Shown one piece after another: positions 58,454 to 64,000 of a stretch of DNA of 64,000 nt. The position numbers were made by a program, and so were the translations under genes. Under the pieces are notes generated by a model that did no database searches, was not told where the DNA came from, and was given only the letters and a program-made list of their open reading frames with translations. Positions within the stretch are counted from its first letter, which is position 1. Each line of letters opens with the position of its first letter. Origin of the DNA: Clostridiaceae bacterium (GTDB lineage: Bacteria; Bacillota; Clostridia; CAYPLH01; DUMO01); assembly GCA_012839865.1 (NCBI GenBank), contig DUMO01000054.1, positions 1 to 64,000 of the forward strand, given 5' to 3'.

Positions 58454-58575
58454 GCAAGAATTCTCCCGCCTCTAAAACACCTTGCTCACTGTAGTGAGAG
58501 CATAGGCGGGAGATGAATTGCCAGGCATGTTTATCGAACAAAGCCCCCGCCTCTTAGGTTGCGGGAGTACGTCCA
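58454..58575. mobile_element. Miniature non-coding IS200/IS605-like remnant (PATE-like)
   Basis: Two hairpins resembling IS605-family ends: GCAAGAATTCTCCCGCCT..AGGCGGGAGATGAATTGC and AAGCCCCCGCCTCTTAGGTTGCGGGAGTACGTC; no tnpA or tnpB. Confidence 0.5.
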
Positions 58576-58768
58576 TCAATCAAAAAAAGCAAAAAGGTTT
58601 ATTCGCAATAATTGCCTTGAGAATAAGCCTTTTTGCAAAAAGATCTTTTCAGCGGCCTGATATAATTGTTGTTCATCTCAAACTCGAACAGGACGCTTTT
58701 TTTATTTTATCGACGCCTGCTTAAACTACATATAAAATGCATCAGCAAAGCTCAAAATTCATTAGCAA

Positions 58769-58797
58769 GAAAAAAGTGAGGCGATCTCCCTCACTGT
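58769..58797 (-). terminator. Terminator of the lexA-like gene
   Basis: Minus strand: AGTGAGG-GAGATCG-CCTCACT followed by TTTTTT. Confidence 0.7.
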
Positions 58798-58847
58798 TTA
58801 ACACCGCTCTACAACTCAAAACCTTTAATATTACTGTTTAGGCAACA

Positions 58848-59477
58848 TTAAAAAATGGTGTACTTGCAAATTACCTTTCCTACGATGATTGCTTCGGATT
58901 TCAAAAATTCTTCCTTGCCGAAAAGGTCATCGTCAGCCTTAAGGGTCATCTTTTCAGGGTCCTCATTCTCATAGTAATATCTTAAAAGAGAATGGTTGTC
59001 ATAAAGAACTAAAACTATATCTCCGTCGTCAAGTTCGTATTTTCTGCTTATAACAAGCATGTCATCATAGGATATTTTGTTAAGGCTGTTATCAGGACAT
59101 TTAATAAGAAAGCAATCATCATGTGAATTAAGTGCCATTGGCGGCATAGGCTGATATTTGTTCAAGTTGTATATGCTATACAAATCCTGTATGTTTCTTT
59201 TTGTGACTTTCTTTATCTCAGGGATATAAACCGGTTCGATATAAAGAGAATTGGTAGATACAAGCTGAATAGAACGAGCCATGCCAATTTCTCTCTTAAT
59301 GACACCTTTTTGCTCCAAACGGTTTAAAATTCCCTGTACAGCCCCTGGAGTTTTTTCTCCAAGCATTTCGCCAATTTCTCTGACCGTCGGGGGAATACCC
59401 TTTGATTTTATAAATGTTTCAATTGCTGTGTACACCTTTTTTTGTTTTGAGGTTAGAGTGTTAAATACTGCATCCAT
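58848..59477 (-). CDS. LexA-like repressor with a degenerate S24 domain
   Basis: LTSKQKKVY...PPTVREIGEMLG wHTH. C-terminal domain lacks the Ala-Gly site and has Arg where the catalytic Lys is expected. Start moved to 59477. Confidence 0.8.
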   Translation of the reverse strand: MDAVFNTLTSKQKKVYTAIETFIKSKGIPPTVREIGEMLGEKTPGAVQGILNRLEQKGVIKREIGMARSIQLVSTNSLYIEPVYIPEIKKVTKRNIQDLYSIYNLNKYQPMPPMALNSHDDCFLIKCPDNSLNKISYDDMLVISRKYELDDGDIVLVLYDNHSLLRYYYENEDPEKMTLKADDDLFGKEEFLKSEAIIVGKVICKYTIF

Positions 59478-59812
59478 TGCTACCACACCTTTACTATTGT
59501 AATAAATTATAAAATAACACACTGATTCCCTGTAAATATATAATCTTGGGACAACAATTTTATTAAAGATATAATATCATTTATGTAAACATGATGCAAT
59601 AGGAACTGTCAATATTATAGTATCATTTATTGGCAAAGCTAATATTCATAAGGGTAAAAGCCATGTTGACGCATCCTTGTTTCATACATATTCAGCTCTG
59701 AAACAGTGATAAGGTTTTAGCTTGCCACATCCTTTATGTTAAAGTATAATTTGATTATTGCAAATAACAGGCTTGCAATTTTATGTGAAATTCAGGAGAT
59801 GAGATAATTATT

Positions 59813-60376
59813 ATGATAGATAAGGAACGTGTGAAGGCCGCTGTCCGGGAGCTTCTTTTGGCAATAGGCGAGAATCCGGACCGGGAAGGTTTGGTTGAAA
59901 CACCCGGCAGGGTCGCAAACATGTATGAAGAAATTTTTGCCGGTTTGTACAAGGACCCCAGGAAAGAAGTTAAAATGTTCAATGAAGCAGAACATGAAGA
60001 AATGATAATTGTAAAGGACATTCCTTTATACTCTGTATGCGAACATCATCTGTTGCCTTTTGTAGGAGTCGCCCATGTCGTATATATCCCCAGAAAAGGG
60101 AAAATCATAGGACTCAGCAAACTTGCAAGGGTAGTTGATATTCTTGCGAAAAAGCCTCAGCTTCAGGAAAGGCTTACCAGTGAAATTGCCGACACACTTA
60201 TGGAAACACTGCAGCCTTTGGGAGTTGCAGTTGTAATAAAAGCGGAGCACCTTTGCATGACAATGCGGGGAATTAAAAAACCCGGGTCAAAAACCATAAC
60301 CTCTGCCTTGAGGGGAACTGTGCGAAAAGATGAAAGAACCAGGCTTGAAGTCATGTCCCTGATAGGACAGGCGTGA
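59813..60376 (+). CDS. folE: GTP cyclohydrolase I
   Basis: [42 protein letters not shown]. Confidence 0.96.
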   Translation: MIDKERVKAAVRELLLAIGENPDREGLVETPGRVANMYEEIFAGLYKDPRKEVKMFNEAEHEEMIIVKDIPLYSVCEHHLLPFVGVAHVVYIPRKGKIIGLSKLARVVDILAKKPQLQERLTSEIADTLMETLQPLGVAVVIKAEHLCMTMRGIKKPGSKTITSALRGTVRKDERTRLEVMSLIGQA

Positions 60377-60412
60377 AACGTGATATTTTATAATAATCGG
60401 AATCCCGTACTG

Positions 60413-60444
60413 AATACAGCGTCGGTAATAGACGCTGTATTTTT
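60413..60444 (+). terminator. Terminator after folE
   Basis: AATACAGCGTC/GACGCTGTATT stem followed by TTT. Confidence 0.8.
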
Positions 60445-60447
60445 ATA

Positions 60448-60531
60448 AAAGAAATGTGTGCAGCACAATAATAAATGGCTTTATTTTGCTGGAAAACCAG
60501 GTGGGCTGAAGGCAAAAATGCGTGAAAAAAA
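60448..60531. repeat. Half copy (single arm) of the palindromic MITE
   Basis: AAAGAAATGTGTGCAGCACAATAATAAATGGCTTTATTTTGCTGGAAAACCAGGTGGGCTGAAGGCAAAAATGCGTGAAAAAAAC aligns co-linearly with the reverse complement of ~22054-22138. Confidence 0.8.
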
Positions 60532-60549
60532 CCTGTCCCACCTGAACAA

Positions 60550-61923
60550 TTACTTCGCATATCTCTTGACCATAAACTTATGATGCTTGCTTTCCTGTAT
60601 ATATTTTTCCATGGCAGGTTCAATCTCATGTTTGTTCAAATACCTGAACCTGATGGTTGTATGGTTCTCAAAGCCGTTTTCCAGGACTACTTTCATGACG
60701 GTTTTGTGGTCAACATGGTATTTGTTCATTACCTCCTGGACGGTAATATAATCACTGATAGGCCGGGGTATCAAGGGGTCTCCTCCGAAGTACCTGTCAC
60801 AAAGCTGGGATATGGTTGTAGGATTGCTGTCCAGCTCTTTTGCAATTTCAACGTAGGTCATGCCCTTTTTGCGAAGCTCCCATAAAGTTTCCCTGGAAAT
60901 GTTCTTTTTATCCTGGGCAGCGCTTTTATAAATAAAGCCATAGCTTGCAATAAATTCTTCAATGGACATGTTCCGCAGTTTGGCATGCCTCTTTACATAC
61001 CCGTACAAAACGTTGTTTGAGTGCAGATTATAAATAAACTTGCCCTGGGCAACCTTCGATAATCTTTTTATCATGTTTTCATCAAAATGCCTCTTTTTTG
61101 CTGCCTTGATTTCGTTTTGAAGTTCCTTCCTGTTTTCCTTGTCTCCTATTGTTCTGTAAAGGTAATATTCCTTTGCTTTAAAGGTTGATGATTCAAAAAC
61201 AGTAACAAGCATTGCAGCAAGACCCAGCTTTCTGAAAGCTGAAGTATTTAAAAGCAGGATGTCATCCAATTCAAGGTTTTTATTCTTGAATATTTTATGC
61301 ATGTAATAGAATGCATTTTCCAGAGACTGATCCGATGACCATTTTACCTTATACCTGAAATCAGCAGGATGGAACTTGCCGGGGTAAACAAAATTGAAAA
61401 GCTCATAAATTGACCAGTTGAACCTGGACAGCACATTGTATATTCCATGCTTTTGCAGCCTCTTTTTCCAATCCAGGAGGGGTATATCCCGGACATGGGT
61501 TATACCTTCCCTTTTTACCATTACCTTTACCGCTTCAATTATGTAATTGTCGTTTTCCCACAGCCCATGCTTGCTCCACATCCATTCTGTCAGGATACGG
61601 TCCCTGAACTCATTGGGATATGCATTCTTGAGTATGGCAAGAATGTCATTGTTGAAATTGAGTTGTATCATGCCTGACAGTCTCCAATTGACAAGCTTCT
61701 CTTTAATCTGTTTCAGATTCAGGGTTGGAAGATCGTTGGGACTGAGTCCTTCAAGGGTTTCAAGGCAGTACCTTGTTATAATGGAGCACCGTGTCTTAAT
61801 GCCGTTTGTGTCCTTTTCCTGGACCCAGAAGTTTTTAGGAAAATTACTGCCTGTTTCAAGTACATCTCTATAGGTTGACAATGCTTCAAGCTCAATTGTG
61901 CTTAGTTTAAAAATGTTAATCAT
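60550..61923 (-). CDS. 457-aa protein: N-terminal helical repeats (DUF4046-like) plus several C-terminal HTH-like modules
   Basis: Recurring (A/V)YP(N/G)(E/K)F...W blocks; HTH GMTYVEIAKELDSNPTTISQL; MerR/Xis-like ITVQEVMNKYHVDHKTV; AGGAG RBS. Confidence 0.75.
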   Translation of the reverse strand: MINIFKLSTIELEALSTYRDVLETGSNFPKNFWVQEKDTNGIKTRCSIITRYCLETLEGLSPNDLPTLNLKQIKEKLVNWRLSGMIQLNFNNDILAILKNAYPNEFRDRILTEWMWSKHGLWENDNYIIEAVKVMVKREGITHVRDIPLLDWKKRLQKHGIYNVLSRFNWSIYELFNFVYPGKFHPADFRYKVKWSSDQSLENAFYYMHKIFKNKNLELDDILLLNTSAFRKLGLAAMLVTVFESSTFKAKEYYLYRTIGDKENRKELQNEIKAAKKRHFDENMIKRLSKVAQGKFIYNLHSNNVLYGYVKRHAKLRNMSIEEFIASYGFIYKSAAQDKKNISRETLWELRKKGMTYVEIAKELDSNPTTISQLCDRYFGGDPLIPRPISDYITVQEVMNKYHVDHKTVMKVVLENGFENHTTIRFRYLNKHEIEPAMEKYIQESKHHKFMVKRYAK

Positions 61924-62541
61924 ATCTAAACTCCTGTGTTGGTGGTTGTTGTGTCAATATTGGCATAAAAAAGTTGTTTTATATATATATCTGATGATTA
62001 TTAGCTAAAAAGCAAAGTTGACCAACTTTTTCTGCAATTCGTATTACATAAAAGTATAACCATGCCAACCATGATTATATATATATTTACAAAAAACATG
62101 ATTTAATTTATTACGTGAGAAGTTCACCCAATCAGCTTTTTAGCGCAATCATTTGATATTCAGCTATTTTAATTGTAATATTATATTACACTGTGAATCA
62201 AGAGATTTTTTGATACGTCGAATACAATTAATTGCCGTTTTTTTGTACAATTTGCATGAAAAAAATCCTTTTATAATGAAAGTAATTTTCTATTTCCACA
62301 TTGGAAACTATAATTAATGTATTATATAATAAAAATTCAGGGTTTACATGATTATTCTGTTTTTGAAATATATTTGCTTAATGCCCCAGATAACGGGCTT
62401 TTTTGAGAATTATCTTTTGCTGAAGCAACCTTGGCGGTATGACAGATGCTGCATATATATCAAAGAAAGCAGCGGAAGACGGGCAGGAGTTGAATTTTAT
62501 ATGTGAAAGATACTTGGACAAATGTCGAAGGTTGAAAGGGG

Positions 62542-63729
62542 ATGATCAAAATTAACGCACGCATAATTGATATTAGCAACCTGAATGAGGCAAAAAGACA
62601 TATAGCCAATATCGGCGCTGATGTTGACGGTCTGGCCTGGCTTGCTCCAAAGGCCGTGCATATTAATATTTTAATTGAAAATGTAAGTTCCTATGCTGCA
62701 AACATTATAAAGCAGGAGATGCTGGGAAAAGGCGGAGACGCCGCAGTACACAGGGGCGTGGTAAGCTGCAGCATAGATAAATCAAATGTGCTCATTATGG
62801 GGACTTACAACCAGTATCTGAAGCTTATTTACAAATTGAAAATGCAGTCCGGGACTTTAAAATTAATTGCAGAGGAGATACAAAAAGTCCTGGAGGTTTA
62901 TAACGTTAAAAAGCAACTGCCTTTTGTTTGCCGGAATAAAAAGCTGCCTGTCGGCGAGCGTACATTGGTTATGGGTATCTTAAACGTAACACCGGACTCC
63001 TTTTCGGACGGAGGAAGTTACACCAGTGTTGAACGGGCTGTGAAAAAAGCCAGGGAAATGTGCGAAGCCGGAGCGGATATAATTGATGTGGGAGGGGAAT
63101 CCACCCGTCCGGGGCATACTCCGGTAGACCCGTTTGTGGAAATAAACCGTGTGCTGCCTGTTGTGGAAAAACTGGTTTCCATGATCGATGTTCCTATTTC
63201 AGTGGATACATCAAAGGCAATTGTTGCAGAAAAAGTATTGGCTGCAGGCGCCCATATCATCAATGATGTCTGGGGGCTTCAAAAGGACCCGGCCATGGCC
63301 GATGTGGTTGCAAAATATGGTGCCGGAGTTATTCTGATGCACAACAGCGAGCAAAAGAAGTACAACGATTTGATGGGAGACATTATACGTTATTTGAGAG
63401 AAAGTATTGATATTGCAATCAAAGCTGGCATTGACCAAAGGGGAATTGTTATTGATCCCGGGATTGGATTCGGGAAAAACCTTGAACAGAACCTGGAGGT
63501 AATGAACAGGCTGGCGGAGCTTAGAACCCTCAATTACCCGATACTTCTCGGGACATCAAGGAAGTCAATAATCGGGGATATACTGGAGCTTCCTGTAAAT
63601 GAACGCCTGGAGGGTACTGCCGCGACAGTGACATTGGGCATCTCAAAGGGCGTCAATATCATAAGGGTGCACGATGTCAAAGAAATGGTAAGAGTTGCAA
63701 GAATGACGGATGCTATGATAAAATTATAG
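62542..63729 (+). CDS. folP: Dihydropteroate synthase with a ~130-aa N-terminal extension
   Basis: MGILNVTPDSFSDGG, GGESTRPG, DPGIGFGK, GTSRKS, IIRVHDV. Confidence 0.95.
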   Translation: MIKINARIIDISNLNEAKRHIANIGADVDGLAWLAPKAVHINILIENVSSYAANIIKQEMLGKGGDAAVHRGVVSCSIDKSNVLIMGTYNQYLKLIYKLKMQSGTLKLIAEEIQKVLEVYNVKKQLPFVCRNKKLPVGERTLVMGILNVTPDSFSDGGSYTSVERAVKKAREMCEAGADIIDVGGESTRPGHTPVDPFVEINRVLPVVEKLVSMIDVPISVDTSKAIVAEKVLAAGAHIINDVWGLQKDPAMADVVAKYGAGVILMHNSEQKKYNDLMGDIIRYLRESIDIAIKAGIDQRGIVIDPGIGFGKNLEQNLEVMNRLAELRTLNYPILLGTSRKSIIGDILELPVNERLEGTAATVTLGISKGVNIIRVHDVKEMVRVARMTDAMIKL

Positions 63730-63743
63730 CCTGAGGTTTTAAT

Positions 63744-64000
63744 ATGGATGAAATTGTCTTAAAAAATCTAAAATTTTATGGGTATCATGGCTTATACCAG
63801 GATGAGAAAATTTCAGGTCAGACATTTATTGTTGATATAGAAATGAAGGCCGATATCAGAGCAGCTTGTGAATCCGACAGTATCGAAGATACCGTCGACT
63901 ACTCCAAAGTTTATGAAAAGGCAAAACATATTACGGAAAATCACAGATACCAGCTTGTTGAAAAACTTGCGGAGGCAATTTCCCAGGGGATACTTACGGA
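63744..64000 (+). CDS. folB: Dihydroneopterin aldolase (runs off the window end)
   Basis: Translated by eye: MDEIVLKNLKFYGYHG...DTVDYSKV...LVEKLAE. Confidence 0.9.
   Translation, partial: MDEIVLKNLKFYGYHGLYQDEKISGQTFIVDIEMKADIRAACESDSIEDTVDYSKVYEKAKHITENHRYQLVEKLAEAISQGILT

Noticed and set aside
62542..62940. N-terminal extension on FolP
   Set aside because: Extended DHPS proteins are, to my knowledge, already common in Clostridia and Thermotogae.

Overview
Low-GC chromosomal window from a spore-forming Clostridia member, probably Acetivibrio/Ruminiclostridium-like (spoIIE, cwlD, SASP, Re-citrate synthase). It is mostly housekeeping: argC/argB, msmX-like ATPase, ftsEX-M23-S41, a five-tRNA operon plus tRNA-Arg(CCG), rex, an EF-G paralog, dusB, mrfAB, leuCDB and folE/folP/folB. 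The left end carries a small accessory block: MntA/HepT toxin-antitoxin, an ArsR-controlled ABC exporter and rtcB. Features the ORF track does not show: (1) a ykkC subtype-2 riboswitch (ppGpp-like) ahead of an ABC operon broken by an amber stop and an internal deletion; (2) a NiCo/czcD riboswitch with its terminator ahead of a CDF metal exporter; (3) a ~210-bp palindromic MITE-like family present in three forms (full at 21.9 kb, collapsed at 54.0 kb, half at 60.4 kb); (4) a miniature IS200/IS605-like remnant. The best candidates for an undescribed system are a methyltransferase plus two tandem paralogous cobalamin-dependent radical SAM genes (49.6-53.8 kb), an apparently non-cleavable LexA paralog, a 457-aa repeat/multi-HTH protein inside the folate locus, and an ABC-2 exporter operon with an inserted 557-aa membrane-anchored protein. 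No CRISPR array, integrase or intact transposase was found. All calls are by eye, with no database searches; several start codons were moved to RBS-supported positions.
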